A stretch of 64,000 nucleotides of DNA from Trueperaceae bacterium (GTDB lineage Bacteria > Deinococcota > Deinococci > Deinococcales > Trueperaceae): contig OZ243956.1 in the NCBI GenBank assembly GCA_965214405.1, positions 4,384,001 to 4,448,000 of the forward strand, given 5' to 3'. Below, one piece after another: positions 47,741 through 58,703 of this stretch; the stretch's first letter is position 1, and every line of letters starts with the position of its first letter. The notes beneath the pieces were generated by a model. It was not told the DNA's origin. It was given only the letters and a program-made list of their open reading frames with translations, and searched no databases. A program made the position numbers and the translations under genes.

Positions 47741-48739
47741 ATGAAATATAACTATCTCGGCCACTCCGGCCTCAAAGTATCGGCACTCTCGTTCGGCGCG
47801 TGGGTCACCTTTGGCGACCAGATCGGCGAGGACGTCGCCACCGACCTCATGAAAACCGCCTATGAGCACGGCGTCAACTTTTTCGATAACGCCGAAGGCT
47901 ACAGCCAGGGCAAGGCCGAAACGATGATGGGCAACGTGATCAAAAAACTTGGCTGGAAGCGCTCCGACTTGGTCGTGTCGACCAAAATCTTTTGGGGTGG
48001 GGACGGCCCCAACGACTTGGGGCTGTCGCGTAAGCACGTGCTCGAGGGCACCTGGGCGGCCCTCGAGCGCTTCGGCATGGATTACTTAGATTTGGTCTTC
48101 TGCCACCGCCCCGATCCCCACACGCCGATTGAAGAGACGGTGCGGGCGATGAATTTTCTTATCGACCAGGGCTTGGCTTTTTACTGGGGCACGTCGGAGT
48201 GGTCCGCCGAGCAAATCCGGCAGGCACATGAAATCGCGCGCCGCGAGCACCTCATCGGCCCCCTCATGGAGCAGCCGCAGTACAACATGTTCCACCGCGA
48301 GCGCGTCGAAAAGGAGTACGCGCCCCTCTACCGCGATTTCGATCTGGGCCTCACCACCTGGAGCCCCTTAGCCAGCGGCGTCCTTACGGGCAAATATAAT
48401 GACGGCGTCCCCGAGGGGAGTCGCATGGACACCAAGGGGTATGAGTGGCTTAAAACGCGGCTCGAGAGTGATGAGGGCAAAGCGCAGCTCCAAAAGGTGC
48501 GCGACCTCACCCAGGTCGCCGACGACTTGGGCTGCTCTACTGCGCAGCTCGCGCTCGCCTGGTGCCTCAAAAATCCGCACGTGTCCACCGTGATTACGGG
48601 GGCCAGCAAGCCTTCGCAAGTGGAGCAAAATATGCAAGCACTCGAGGTTGCCGACAGCCTCGATGAGAGCGTGATGACGCGTATCGAAGAGGTGCTGGAC
48701 AATAAGCCCAAGCCCACGCCCGACTTGCGCGACGGCTAA
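47741..48739 (+). CDS. Aldo/keto reductase (Kv-beta-like)
   Basis: [41 protein letters not shown]. Confidence 0.95.
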   Translation: MKYNYLGHSGLKVSALSFGAWVTFGDQIGEDVATDLMKTAYEHGVNFFDNAEGYSQGKAETMMGNVIKKLGWKRSDLVVSTKIFWGGDGPNDLGLSRKHVLEGTWAALERFGMDYLDLVFCHRPDPHTPIEETVRAMNFLIDQGLAFYWGTSEWSAEQIRQAHEIARREHLIGPLMEQPQYNMFHRERVEKEYAPLYRDFDLGLTTWSPLASGVLTGKYNDGVPEGSRMDTKGYEWLKTRLESDEGKAQLQKVRDLTQVADDLGCSTAQLALAWCLKNPHVSTVITGASKPSQVEQNMQALEVADSLDESVMTRIEEVLDNKPKPTPDLRDG

Positions 48740-48828
48740 AGCGTCGCGCCGCGGCAGCACCTTGCGCGCGAACATATTTCGGATGTTGTTGGGGGAGGAG
48801 ACGAGGGGCCTCTCCCCACCTTTATCTC

Positions 48829-49770
48829 TTATCTCTTTACCTCGCGCCTCTCACGCGACACGTCCGCGTCTCCCGCCAGAGCGCTGAGGACGCGCCAGTA
48901 TGACGCGGGCAAGAGGCGCTGAACCGTGTCAATCATCACCGCGTCCGACCCGATAAGCACGCGGCCTTGACGGCGCTCTACCGCGCGCAAGATAGTCTTG
49001 GCGGCCTCCTCGGGTGTGGTTTTAAGACCCTCGGTAAAGCGCTGCGCGCCCTCCCTAGCCGCCGCCGCGTCCGTAAGGGCGGCGAGGCGCGCGCCCAGCG
49101 CGATGTTCGTCTTGACGCCGCCCGGATGAACCACCGTCACGCCGACTCTGCCTTCAAGCTCGTGTCGCAACGCCTCGGAAAACCCGCGCACCGCGAACTT
49201 GCTCGCCGCGTAGGCGCTCTGTCCGGGCGGCGCGACGAGGCCGAAGACGCTCGAGAGGTTGACCAGGTGCGCGTCCCCTGCGCTAAGCAGCGCGGGCAAA
49301 AACGCCTTGGTGAGGCGCACGACCGCGCGAAAATTGATGTTCATAAGCCACTCGTATTCGTCAACGCTCAGTTCCTCAAAGCTCCCGCCGAGCGCCACGC
49401 CCGCGTTGTTGACGAGCAGCGTGACGCGCCCGTGCGCGTCCAGCACATCCTGCTCGAGCCCCGCCACCTCGCCCTCGCCTAAGTCGAGAACGTGAAGGCT
49501 CACCCGCACGCGGTTGGGTTGAGGGGGTTGGTGTAAATGACCCTGCTGTGAACGACTCCGGTACAAACGGCCCTGCCGACGTTGCAAATTCTTCGAATGA
49601 CTTAAAAGGTTTTCCAACGCGGACGCCGTGGTCTCTAAACCTGCCGCGTCCCTATCGACCAGCGCCAGGTGACTGCCCCGCGCGGCTAAGTCTAACGCGA
49701 GCGCGCGCCCGATGCCGCTCGCCGCGCCCGTGACCACCGCGACGCCGCCGGGAAACGCGTACGGCCTCAC
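48829..49770 (-). CDS. SDR oxidoreductase
   Basis: TGAASGIG, NNAG, YAASK, HPGGVKT; GTG start overlaps the BVMO stop. Confidence 0.9.
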   Translation of the reverse strand: MRPYAFPGGVAVVTGAASGIGRALALDLAARGSHLALVDRDAAGLETTASALENLLSHSKNLQRRQGRLYRSRSQQGHLHQPPQPNRVRVSLHVLDLGEGEVAGLEQDVLDAHGRVTLLVNNAGVALGGSFEELSVDEYEWLMNINFRAVVRLTKAFLPALLSAGDAHLVNLSSVFGLVAPPGQSAYAASKFAVRGFSEALRHELEGRVGVTVVHPGGVKTNIALGARLAALTDAAAAREGAQRFTEGLKTTPEEAAKTILRAVERRQGRVLIGSDAVMIDTVQRLLPASYWRVLSALAGDADVSRERREVKR

Positions 49771-51341
49771 GCGTTGCGCGCGCTCGAGGGCTGGGGTTGG
49801 CGCGCCGGTTCCTTCGCGGTGTAGAGGGAGGGGTCGAAGCGGCGCACGAGCCGCCGGAAGCTCGCGGCCCGCTCCGGCCACAGCGTGCTGTTGCGGCCCG
49901 TGGCGTCGAGGTAGTAGCTCACGCAGCCGCCCTGGACCCACACGGATGAACGCAGCTTTTCCTGAAGCTGAGCGTTGTACTCGGCTTGGGCTTGGGGGGT
50001 GGGCTCGAGCGCGCGCAGCTTTTTACGCTTTACAAAAGAGAGGGCCTGAAGAATATAGTCAATCTGCGCCTCAATCATGTAAACGATCGAGTTGTGACCG
50101 AGCCCGGTGTTCGGCCCGACGAGCAAAAAGAGGTTGGGAAAGCCCGCGACGGTGGTGCCGTGGAGCGCTTCTAGGTGCGGGCTCCAGACATCTGACAGGC
50201 TGCGCCCTCCCTTACCGTAAATGAGGCGCGCGATGGGCGGCTCCGTGGCGTAAAACCCCGTACCGCCGATGAGCACATCGAAGGCGCGCTCGCGTCCGTC
50301 CGCCGTGACGAGGCTCTGCCCACGAACCTCGGTAATGGTCTCTGTTACCAGTTCTACATTCGGCTGGGTCAAGGCGGAATAATAGTCGTCGCTGACCAGG
50401 ATGCGCTTGCAGCCGATGCGGTAGTCCGGGAGGAGTTTGGCGCGCAACGCGGGGTCCTGAACCTGCGCTTCTAAGTGTGCCCTCGCCGCCTTTTCGACGA
50501 GTTTGTTCATTCCCGGTTTTGAAAACCCGAAATGCCGGAACTCGGCCATTGCGAAAACCCAGGTTCTCGAGACCTTTTGCAAGAAGGGAAAGCGGCGAAA
50601 GAGTCGCCGCCGCCGCTCGCTCGTGGGCGCGTCGCCGCGCGGGACGATCCAGGGCGGCGTGCGCTGAAATACCGTAAGGTGACCCACCTCCTTTTGCAGC
50701 TCCGGCACGAACTGGATCGCGGACGCGCCCGTGCCGATGACCCCGACGCGCTTGCCGCGCAGGTCGACACGGTGGTCCCAACGCGCGGAGTGAAACTTCA
50801 CGCCCTCAAACGCGTCGAGCCCCGGAATCCTGGGCCACTTGGGCGCGTTCAAGGGACCGTGGCCGGACACCAGGAAACGGGCGGTAAAGCCCCCGCCGCT
50901 CGTCTCGAGCCGCCAAAGCGCATCATTATCGTCCCAAACGGCCTCCTTGACCTCGTGCTGCAACCGGAGGTGCGGCCTGAGCCCGTAGTCGTCGGCGCAG
51001 CTTTTGAGATACGCCAGAATCTCGGGCTGGCGCGCGTAGGTGTGCGACCAGTCGGGGTTGGGCGCGAACGAGAACGAGTAGAGGTCGCTTTTGATGTCGC
51101 AGGCGCAGCCGGGATAGGTGTTGTCAAACCAGGTGCCGCCGACCTCGGGGTCGCGCTCGAGCACCACAAAATCGTCCATCCCCCGTTTCTTGAGCTTGAT
51201 CGCCATGCCCAACCCCGCAAACCCCGCGCCGATGATGGCTGTGTGAAAATGGGTGCGAGAGTCGGTGTGAGGGCCGGTACGAAAATTCGTATAAAAGCCT
51301 GCGTGAACGTGAGCGGGCTGCGTTTCCTCTTGGTGCGTCAT
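49767..51341 (-). CDS. Baeyer-Villiger-type flavin monooxygenase
   Basis: GAGFAG, GGTWFDNTYPGCACD, fingerprint FEGVKFHSARW, GTGASA. Confidence 0.93.
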   Translation of the reverse strand: MTHQEETQPAHVHAGFYTNFRTGPHTDSRTHFHTAIIGAGFAGLGMAIKLKKRGMDDFVVLERDPEVGGTWFDNTYPGCACDIKSDLYSFSFAPNPDWSHTYARQPEILAYLKSCADDYGLRPHLRLQHEVKEAVWDDNDALWRLETSGGGFTARFLVSGHGPLNAPKWPRIPGLDAFEGVKFHSARWDHRVDLRGKRVGVIGTGASAIQFVPELQKEVGHLTVFQRTPPWIVPRGDAPTSERRRRLFRRFPFLQKVSRTWVFAMAEFRHFGFSKPGMNKLVEKAARAHLEAQVQDPALRAKLLPDYRIGCKRILVSDDYYSALTQPNVELVTETITEVRGQSLVTADGRERAFDVLIGGTGFYATEPPIARLIYGKGGRSLSDVWSPHLEALHGTTVAGFPNLFLLVGPNTGLGHNSIVYMIEAQIDYILQALSFVKRKKLRALEPTPQAQAEYNAQLQEKLRSSVWVQGGCVSYYLDATGRNSTLWPERAASFRRLVRRFDPSLYTAKEPARQPQPSSARNA

Positions 51342-52213
51342 GGGTGCGCCTCCGACAAAAAGTCCAAAACGAGGGTGTTAAATGCGTTAGAGCGCTCGAG
51401 CTGCGGCAGGTGGCCCGTCTCGTGAAACAGGTGCGTGCGGGCGTGCGGGTAGAGCTTGGCGGCCTCCGGCAGGTGCGCGGCGGGGAGGATGAGGTCGTTT
51501 TCGCCCCATAGGATGAGCGTGGGCAGCTTCTGGGCGGCGAGGCGGCGGCTCAAACGCGCGCGCCACGCGGCCCTGACGCCGAACGGGGTGCCGAGGGCGC
51601 GGGTAAGGGAAAGAAACGCGCGCGCCGCGCCGGGCTGTTGGGCGAGCTCGAGCGCCTGGTCGATGCGCGCCTCTGTCGCCAAGGCGGGATCAAAAAAGAG
51701 GCTCCTGACGGTGTTCTCGGCGCTGCGGCGGCTCGGCTTCATCAAGAGCTCGCCGAGACCGGGCACCGTCACGAGGCGCAGGGCGAGGGTGACCTCGCGC
51801 CCAAACCCCGCACTCGCCACCAGCACGAGCCGCCGCGCGCGCTCCGGTCGCGCCGCCGCAAAGGTTTGCGCGACCGCGCCGCCCAGCGAATTACCCACAA
51901 GCGTGACGGGCCGCGTCTCGCTGAGAGCGTCCAAAAGGTCCCCCACAAAATGCGCCAAACCTGCCAGCGTATAAGGCCCGCGCGGTTTGTCGGTGTAGCC
52001 GAAGCCGACGAGATCGGGCGCGATCACGCGGTACCGGGCGGCGAGCGCGTCGACCGTCTCCGACCAATCCTCCAAGGAGCGCCCGAGACCGTGTAGGAGT
52101 ACCACAGGCGGACCCTCACCGGAGACGCGCGCGCGCGTGCGGACGCCGCGAACGGAGCACCACCGGACGTCCCCCTCCTCCTGCCCCACCCCTGATGCGC
52201 CTCTACTACTCAC
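51338..52213 (-). CDS. Alpha/beta hydrolase (esterase-like)
   Basis: LLHG, GNSLGG, WGEND, GHLPQLE. Start placed at GTG after GGAGG. Confidence 0.85.
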   Translation of the reverse strand: MSSRGASGVGQEEGDVRWCSVRGVRTRARVSGEGPPVVLLHGLGRSLEDWSETVDALAARYRVIAPDLVGFGYTDKPRGPYTLAGLAHFVGDLLDALSETRPVTLVGNSLGGAVAQTFAAARPERARRLVLVASAGFGREVTLALRLVTVPGLGELLMKPSRRSAENTVRSLFFDPALATEARIDQALELAQQPGAARAFLSLTRALGTPFGVRAAWRARLSRRLAAQKLPTLILWGENDLILPAAHLPEAAKLYPHARTHLFHETGHLPQLERSNAFNTLVLDFLSEAHP

Positions 52214-52419
52214 CCTCACCTCCTCCACACACCCACGCCACACAGCTTCACTATGGCGGATAGCTGATAGTTTATCACGTAAATGGTATGTAAATGTGCG
52301 ACTGGTCGCACCGTCCAAAGCTCAGCGTGAGGAATTCAAAGGGGTTGTATCTTGTACTGGGATTGTGCCGGGAGCGCCCGTAGCCTCACATTAAGATTTC
52401 CAATGAGCAGGCGACATAT

Positions 52420-52451
52420 GAAAAGGGGCACCTGTGCAGGTGCCCCTTTCT
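52420..52451 (-). terminator. Intrinsic terminator hairpin downstream of the collagen-like gene
   Basis: AAAAGGGGCACCTG-TG-CAGGTGCCCCTTT with A/T tails on both sides. Confidence 0.75.
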
Positions 52452-52495
52452 CAGGATTTTTCAGGACGTAGCCTTGTGTCTTCGCCCCTAATCCT

Positions 52496-55400
52496 CTACC
52501 TGAGGTCTAGCGTAAAGGTTTCACCCGCCACGACCTCGACTTCGTCTTCGATGCTCTCGCCGCTCACCGTCGTGGTGATAACGTAAACGCCGGGCTCGAG
52601 CTCGGTCAAGTCTTGACTGCCGGTCAGCTCTTCCTCATAGCCGCCGGGGCCTGTAATGACGAACGTCGTGTCGTCGGGAACGGTGACGGTGAGGTTGCCC
52701 AGTTCCTGGGTGCTGCCTGTTACCGTACCACCTGTTGCGCCGCCGGTTTGAGCGCCACCTGTGGCGGCACCTCCGGTCTCGCTACCCGTCTGGACTCTGA
52801 GCGTGGCAGCGCCGCCCGTGGTGGCCGTGGCGGCACCACCCGTTGCCGCGCCGCCTGTTGCTGAACCGCCCGTCATCATGCCCCCGGTCATCGCGCCGCC
52901 CGTTGCCGCGCCGCTTGTAACGTCGAGCGTGGCGATTTCACCGCTTATAACCTCGACGTCTCGCTCGACGCGTTCACCTTGTACGGTGAGCACGATTCTG
53001 TAGACGCCCACCTCGAGGTCGCTGAGCTCCTGGTTTCCCCTGAGGTTTTGCTCATAACCTCCGGGACCCGTGATGACGTAGGACGTGGCGGCGGGTACAA
53101 CGAGGGTAAGGTTACCGACTTCACCCTGTGCGCCGCCTGTGACACCTATCGGAGTACCACCCGTGACGTCCGTTTGTGTGCCGCCTGTGGTGCCACCCGT
53201 CTGAGCGCTAGGGACGAGCGCGCCGCCCGTTTGAGCGCCACCGGTTTGAGCGCCACCCGTGGTGCTGACTTGTGCGCCGCCCGTCACGCTGCCCGTTTGC
53301 ACTTCGTCGCGCGTGTTCACGCAGATCGCGTAAACCGTGAACGTTTGCGCTTCGGTGCTGTCGTTCTGGAGCGAAATCTGCCAGGCGTCGTCCTGCGGGT
53401 ACGTGTTGTACACGCGGAGCTCGAGCGCGCCTTGCACCCCGCCACCGACCGGCGATTTGCCGTCGGGGCACTGTACAGCCAGTTCCGCGGGCGTAAGCGC
53501 CTCGACCGAGGTGGGGCCGCTGGCGACCACTTCGTAGCCGAGCACACCGGCTGGGCCCGCGGGGCCGCGTTCACCCTGGGGACCCGTGGCTCCGGCTGGA
53601 CCCTCTGGACCCGCCGGGCCTCGAGCGCCTTCAGGACCCGCCGGGCCTATGGGACCCGTTTCGCCTTGAGGACCCGCCGGGCCTCTCTCGCCCTGCGGAC
53701 CTTCGGGACCGGCTGGGCCGCTGGGACCTGTTGCACCTTGCGGTCCCCTTTCACCTTGCTCGCCCTGCTCACCTTGTGGACCCGCTGGACCTGCACCACC
53801 TGTTTCACCCTGCGGTCCAGGCGGACCCGCCGGTCCTACGCCCCCTGTGTCACCTTGCGGACCCCGAGGACCTGCCGGGCCGATAGGACCCGTTTCGCCC
53901 TGTGGGCCTACGCCACCCGTGTCACCCTGAGGACCCTGGGGTCCCTGCTCACCTTGAGGACCGGGAGGACCTGCTGGACCCGCCCCGCCTGTTTCGCCTT
54001 GCGGACCGGGAGGACCCACAGGGCCTGTTGCTCCCGTTTCCCCCTGCTCGCCTTGAGGACCCACAGGACCGATAGGCCCTTCGCCACCCGATTCACCTTG
54101 GGGTCCGGGAGGTCCGGGAGGACCCGCGGGACCTTCAGCGCCGGTAGGCCCAACGCCACCCGTGTCACCTTGCGGACCGGCAGGACCACGTGGACCCTCG
54201 GGACCCACGGGACCGCGAGGACCGGCAGGTCCTGCGCCCCCTGTATCACCTTGCGGACCGGCAGGGCCTTCTGGACCCATAGGTCCCACGGGTCCTATAC
54301 CGCCCGATTCACCCTGGGGACCGGGAGGACCGACAGGACCTGTTGCGCCCGTCTCGCCCGTCTCGCCTTGCGGCCCCTGCTCGCCTGTCTCGCCCTGTTC
54401 ACCCTGCGGTCCAGGTGGACCCACGGGACCTTCGCCACCCGTCTCACCTTGGGGGCCTGCCTCGCCTTGAGGTCCAGGAGGGCCGGGAGGACCTGCCGGT
54501 CCCGCGCCGCCTGTGTCACCCTGGGGTCCTTGAGGACCCGCCGGGCCGATAGGACCAGTAGAACCCGTCTCGCCCTGCGGGCCTACACCACCTGTTTCAC
54601 CTTGTGGACCTTGCTCACCCTGAGGACCGGGAGGGCCTGCTGGACCCGCCCCACCTGTGTCACCTTGCGGACCCTGAGGACCCGCCGGGCCGATGGGACC
54701 AGTTGCACCCGTTTCGCCCTGTGGGCCTACGCCACCCGATTCACCCTGGGGTCCCTGCTCACCTTGGGGTCCGGCAGGACCGCGAGGGCCGACAGGTCCT
54801 GTTGCGCCCGTTTCACCTTGCTCACCCTGGGGTCCGGGAGGACCCGCTGGACCCGCGCCCCCTGTATCACCTTGCGGTCCCGCCGGGCCTCGAGGACCCA
54901 CCGGACCGATAGGACCCGCGCCGCCCGTTTCACCTTGCGGTCCGGGAGGGCCGGGAGGACCTTGTTCGCCCTGAGGGCCAGTCGCACCCGTCTCGCCTTG
55001 TGGTCCCTCTTGACCCGCCGGGCCTCGAGGACCCACCGGACCGATAGGCCCAGTACCACCTGTCTCGCCCTGAGGACCAGTCGCACCCTGAGGACCAGTC
55101 GGTCCGGGAGGACCCTGCTGACCCGCGGGTCCAGGAGGACCGGGAGGGCCAGGAGGACCCGCCGGTCCCGGCGGACCTTGCGGAACTTGAATGGTTGCGT
55201 CTACTTCGGCGGGAACCGTTTGAGCGCCCTCGAGCGCCCCCACCGCCACCAGGGCCGTATCAAACCTGGCGACACCTCCCGACACGACCTCGACCCTCTG
55301 CTCGATTGGCTCATAGCCCTCGAGTGTGGCGGTGATGATATACGTTCCTACGGATAGACCTGTAAGCGTCTGATTTCCGGTGAACGTCTCTGCGTACCCG

Positions 55401-55594
55401 TCGGGACCCGTGACCGTAACCACAGCCTCCGCCGGTGCAACGATGATGTCGAGGTCGCCCACATCCTGTGCGAGCGCCGTCCCGAACACCAGCAGAACCG
55501 TCATGAGCCACCACCGCACGGTATGTCCAACCGCGTTTCCGACCGCGCTAAAAGAACGCGGAGGCGCGCTGGCTCGTCTTAAAGACTCCTTCAC
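52496..55594 (-). CDS. Secreted collagen-like protein with PEGA-like domains
   Basis: Signal peptide ending ALA-Q; three ..TGP.GY...TG.Q.L..L..G.Y domains; Gly-X-Y run from 55177 to 53549; TGG-rich linkers. Confidence 0.9.
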   Translation of the reverse strand: MKESLRRASAPPRSFSAVGNAVGHTVRWWLMTVLLVFGTALAQDVGDLDIIVAPAEAVVTVTGPDGYAETFTGNQTLTGLSVGTYIITATLEGYEPIEQRVEVVSGGVARFDTALVAVGALEGAQTVPAEVDATIQVPQGPPGPAGPPGPPGPPGPAGQQGPPGPTGPQGATGPQGETGGTGPIGPVGPRGPAGQEGPQGETGATGPQGEQGPPGPPGPQGETGGAGPIGPVGPRGPAGPQGDTGGAGPAGPPGPQGEQGETGATGPVGPRGPAGPQGEQGPQGESGGVGPQGETGATGPIGPAGPQGPQGDTGGAGPAGPPGPQGEQGPQGETGGVGPQGETGSTGPIGPAGPQGPQGDTGGAGPAGPPGPPGPQGEAGPQGETGGEGPVGPPGPQGEQGETGEQGPQGETGETGATGPVGPPGPQGESGGIGPVGPMGPEGPAGPQGDTGGAGPAGPRGPVGPEGPRGPAGPQGDTGGVGPTGAEGPAGPPGPPGPQGESGGEGPIGPVGPQGEQGETGATGPVGPPGPQGETGGAGPAGPPGPQGEQGPQGPQGDTGGVGPQGETGPIGPAGPRGPQGDTGGVGPAGPPGPQGETGGAGPAGPQGEQGEQGERGPQGATGPSGPAGPEGPQGERGPAGPQGETGPIGPAGPEGARGPAGPEGPAGATGPQGERGPAGPAGVLGYEVVASGPTSVEALTPAELAVQCPDGKSPVGGGVQGALELRVYNTYPQDDAWQISLQNDSTEAQTFTVYAICVNTRDEVQTGSVTGGAQVSTTGGAQTGGAQTGGALVPSAQTGGTTGGTQTDVTGGTPIGVTGGAQGEVGNLTLVVPAATSYVITGPGGYEQNLRGNQELSDLEVGVYRIVLTVQGERVERDVEVISGEIATLDVTSGAATGGAMTGGMMTGGSATGGAATGGAATATTGGAATLRVQTGSETGGAATGGAQTGGATGGTVTGSTQELGNLTVTVPDDTTFVITGPGGYEEELTGSQDLTELEPGVYVITTTVSGESIEDEVEVVAGETFTLDLR

Positions 55595-55725
55595 GCTTGT
55601 TCCCCCTTTCGTGATTTTGTGATGAGTATTGAGGAAAACTCACCTTTTCCAAACGTAAGCCAAGTGACGCTCTCACACTGCTACGCAGCACGCATTGTTG
55701 CGTTTGAGAAGTTGTTAAGTAGCCC

Positions 55726-56529
55726 CTAAGGGCTGATGGGCGCGCCCAATCCCACCTCGTCAAAAAGCTCTTTGAGCATCGCCAAATTCTTGAGCGCGTG
55801 CCCCTTGGTGGTGTTTTGCAGGAGCAAATAAACCTGGCTTAGCGCGTCCTTATGTGCGTCAATGGCGAGCGCCCATTCCTTTAATTCGTCAGGCGTGTAG
55901 AGGTAGTCATGCCGCTCGGCGGCGCTTCGGCCATCCCACCACGTTTTCTGGTTGCGCCCGTGGAGGCGGATGTAGGCAGTGTCGGAGGTGACGTGCAAGC
56001 CCGAAGCGGGCAGACCGGGCAGCGGCGGGTAGTCCACGCTCACATAGATGAGCCCGAACTCCTTTAACGACTCGCGCACCTCGTCAAGGTCCCAGTCGTC
56101 GGTGCGGAACTCGAGCGCCAACCTCTCACCCTCAAAGTGCTTGATGAGGTTTAACAAATACTTACGGTTGTCCGCCGTGCGGTGAAACGAATAGGGGAAC
56201 TGCGCCAGAAAGGGTCCTAGCATCCCCGCTTCGCGTAAGGGGTGGACGGACTCGAGCATCCTTTTGTACATCTCTTCGTCCGCGTCGCGGGAGTGCGTCA
56301 TCGACCTGTGCAGCTTGACCGCGAAGCGCACCCTTCCCTCGCTCTTGCGGACCATGCCCGCGAACGCCTTTGTGCCGGGGATGTTGTAAAACGACGAGTT
56401 GAGTTCGACGGCGTTGAAGTGCTGCGCGTAAATCTTGAGATAGTCCGCCGACTTGGTGCCCTCGGGGTAGAGGAGCCCGAGCCAGTCGTCGTTGGAGTAG
56501 CCGCCGGTGCCGAGATAGAGTTCCATCAA
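55726..56529 (-). CDS. DUF72 family protein
   Basis: YLGTGGY, VELNSSFY, LAQFPYSF, EFR, YIRLHGRN, DYLY. Confidence 0.95.
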   Translation of the reverse strand: MMELYLGTGGYSNDDWLGLLYPEGTKSADYLKIYAQHFNAVELNSSFYNIPGTKAFAGMVRKSEGRVRFAVKLHRSMTHSRDADEEMYKRMLESVHPLREAGMLGPFLAQFPYSFHRTADNRKYLLNLIKHFEGERLALEFRTDDWDLDEVRESLKEFGLIYVSVDYPPLPGLPASGLHVTSDTAYIRLHGRNQKTWWDGRSAAERHDYLYTPDELKEWALAIDAHKDALSQVYLLLQNTTKGHALKNLAMLKELFDEVGLGAPISP

Positions 56530-56717
56530 ATAACCTTCCTCCTACGTAGCCGAGAAAAATCGTGACTTCTCTATGGAATAATTTATACCTATAACTCTCT
56601 CATCAGTGCCAATATGGTTGGTACCTATAGACGGGACGGCCCAAACCTCCCTATGACGATGGGTGGACGGGGCAACGTGTGGTGGTTTCCCTGCGCTAGA
56701 TGATTAGGAGGCACGTG

Positions 56718-57539
56718 ATGAGCATAGCCCTTTCGGACATTATCAGCGTTGAAGACCCAACAAAGTTTAAGTTGCACCTCGCCTGCTGGAACCAGGATGT
56801 TCAGCCGCTTGAAGTTTTTGTGCGCGATAGGGCGGAGTGGAACGACTGGAACCGGTGGCGCAGCGCGAAAGACGAGTTTAACCGCGATTATATTTTTTCC
56901 CTCATCGACTTCTATCACGAGCCCGGAATCTGGCTTTTCGGCGGCGTTTTCCGCGTGCTGTCGCGCAAACCGGAGAACTACGCACACAGCTACGAGATTG
57001 CTTTAGACCCTGGCACACAAGACTACATCGGCAGGCTCAAGGTCAAACTGAAGCGCCCTGGCCGCGCGCGCGTGCTAAAGCTCGAGAACTACTATCCCTC
57101 AATTCTAGTCTCGGAAATCTTGAAAGAGCCCTATTTGGGTGACGTTTTCTGTGGGTACGAAAACATCAATCACGATTTCACCCGCTTGGAAGCCGTCTAC
57201 AAGAACCAGAAGAGTGACTGGAAGGCCGCACTAGAGAACGTCAAGGGCGTTTATCTTATTGCTGACAAGAGCAACGGCAAGAAGTACGTGGGCTCCGCCT
57301 ATGGTGATTTCGGCCTCTGGTCTCGGTGGGCTTGCTACATCGGCACAGGCCACGGCTGGAACGACGAGCTCACCAAGCTTGTCGCTCAGGAGGGCCTTGA
57401 GTACGCCAGAAAGAACTTCAGGTTCTCGCTGCTCGAGTACCGGTCCATGAAAACGAACGACAGCGTCATCATCCAGAGAGAGGGTTATTGGAAGGAAGCC
57501 CTGCTGACTCGGGGAAGTTTCGGCTATAACCAAAACTAG
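56718..57539 (+). CDS. GIY-YIG nuclease family protein
   Basis: GVYLIADKSNGKKYVGSAYG, REGYWK, YNQN; AGGAGG RBS. Confidence 0.9.
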   Translation: MSIALSDIISVEDPTKFKLHLACWNQDVQPLEVFVRDRAEWNDWNRWRSAKDEFNRDYIFSLIDFYHEPGIWLFGGVFRVLSRKPENYAHSYEIALDPGTQDYIGRLKVKLKRPGRARVLKLENYYPSILVSEILKEPYLGDVFCGYENINHDFTRLEAVYKNQKSDWKAALENVKGVYLIADKSNGKKYVGSAYGDFGLWSRWACYIGTGHGWNDELTKLVAQEGLEYARKNFRFSLLEYRSMKTNDSVIIQREGYWKEALLTRGSFGYNQN

Positions 57540-57567
57540 TGAGGCAAGGATTCAAGTTTATTGACCT

Positions 57568-58257
57568 TTAGTCGCCAGCCTGTTGCAGGGCTGGACTTTG
57601 CCCCGTTTGTAGCTCGAGCTCCGGCCGCCAAAGATACGTGGCGACGCGCGAAGCGAGAACCGCCCCGGCGACGGGGGCCAACCAGTAGAGCCAGTGGTGC
57701 GTCCAAAGGCCCCCAAACAGCGCGGGCGCAAAGCTTCTCGCGGGGTTCATCGACGCGCCCGTGAGCGCGCCGCCAGCGACGGCGCAAAGGGTCACGGTGA
57801 AACCGATATAAAGACCCGCCTGCGCTTGTTTCTGGATCACACAGGCGGCGATCACGAACATAAGAAAGAACGTCAGGATGATTTCGATGGCGACGGCCTG
57901 AAAGACGCTCACGTCAGCCGCGGGCAGGGTCGCGCCGTAGTGAACGGAGGCCAAGCGTTCCGCGCCGTAAAAGAGCCGCAGGGAGAACACGGCGGCCACT
58001 GCCCCCGAAAGTTCGGCGCTCCAGTACAGCAGAAGCTCACGAAAGCCGATGCGCCGCATTGCCCAAAAGCCGACCGTCACGGCGGGGTTGAAGTGGGCAA
58101 AGGAAAGAGCGCCCACAGCCGCAATCATGACGGCAACTGTGAACCCAAACGCCAGGGCGACGGCCAACCCGCCCGCGCCCGACGCCAGCGCCGCGATGCC
58201 GACGAACACGAGGGCGAAGGTGCCGATAAATTCGGCCAGCCAGATTCTAAAACTCAT
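57568..58257 (-). CDS. MIP/aquaporin channel (AqpS-type arsenite channel by context)
   Basis: AEFIGTF, HFNPAVT, SMNPARS; coupled to arsC. Confidence 0.9.
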   Translation of the reverse strand: MSFRIWLAEFIGTFALVFVGIAALASGAGGLAVALAFGFTVAVMIAAVGALSFAHFNPAVTVGFWAMRRIGFRELLLYWSAELSGAVAAVFSLRLFYGAERLASVHYGATLPAADVSVFQAVAIEIILTFFLMFVIAACVIQKQAQAGLYIGFTVTLCAVAGGALTGASMNPARSFAPALFGGLWTHHWLYWLAPVAGAVLASRVATYLWRPELELQTGQSPALQQAGD

Positions 58258-58703
58258 ATTGGTATGGGCGGCGTCAGCGCGTCTTCTGTGGGTACGCGGC
58301 CCGCCTCGAGCGTCTCAACAAGAATCTTGCAGCTCTCGCCCAGGGCGTCACGCACCTCACGCCACCTTTCCAGCCCTTCGCTCGAGGGGTCGGGGAACGA
58401 GACGTGCAGGCGGGTTGTCGTGGCGGGGTAGACGGGGCACGCTTCGTTCGCAGCGTCGCAAACGGTCATCACCACGTCGAACCCAACCTCGGGCAGCTCC
58501 GCCAAGGTCTTGGAGGTGTGATGACTTATGTCAATCCCGACTTCTTTCATGACCGTCACCGCATGGGGCTTGACAAAGGTTTTTTCCGTCCCCGCCGAGA
58601 ACACTTCCGCGTCCAGGCCGCACTCAGCCGCGTAGTGTCTGAGCCACCCTTCCGCCATCTGGCTGCGGGCGGAGTTATGGGTACACAAAACGAGCAGGCG
58701 CAC
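58254..58703 (-). CDS. arsC: Arsenate reductase (LMW-PTP/thioredoxin type)
   Basis: CTHNSARSQMAEG, TVCD..NEACP, FPDP. Confidence 0.93.
   Translation of the reverse strand: MRLLVLCTHNSARSQMAEGWLRHYAAECGLDAEVFSAGTEKTFVKPHAVTVMKEVGIDISHHTSKTLAELPEVGFDVVMTVCDAANEACPVYPATTTRLHVSFPDPSSEGLERWREVRDALGESCKILVETLEAGRVPTEDALTPPIPI

Noticed and set aside
48829..49941. 370-aa version of the SDR
   Set aside because: The extension overlaps the BVMO by about 170 nt; GTG at 49770 gives normal translational coupling.
52979..55357. 792-aa plus-strand ORF and other ORFs over the collagen gene
   Set aside because: Antisense or alternative-frame shadows of the GXY repeat in GC-rich DNA.
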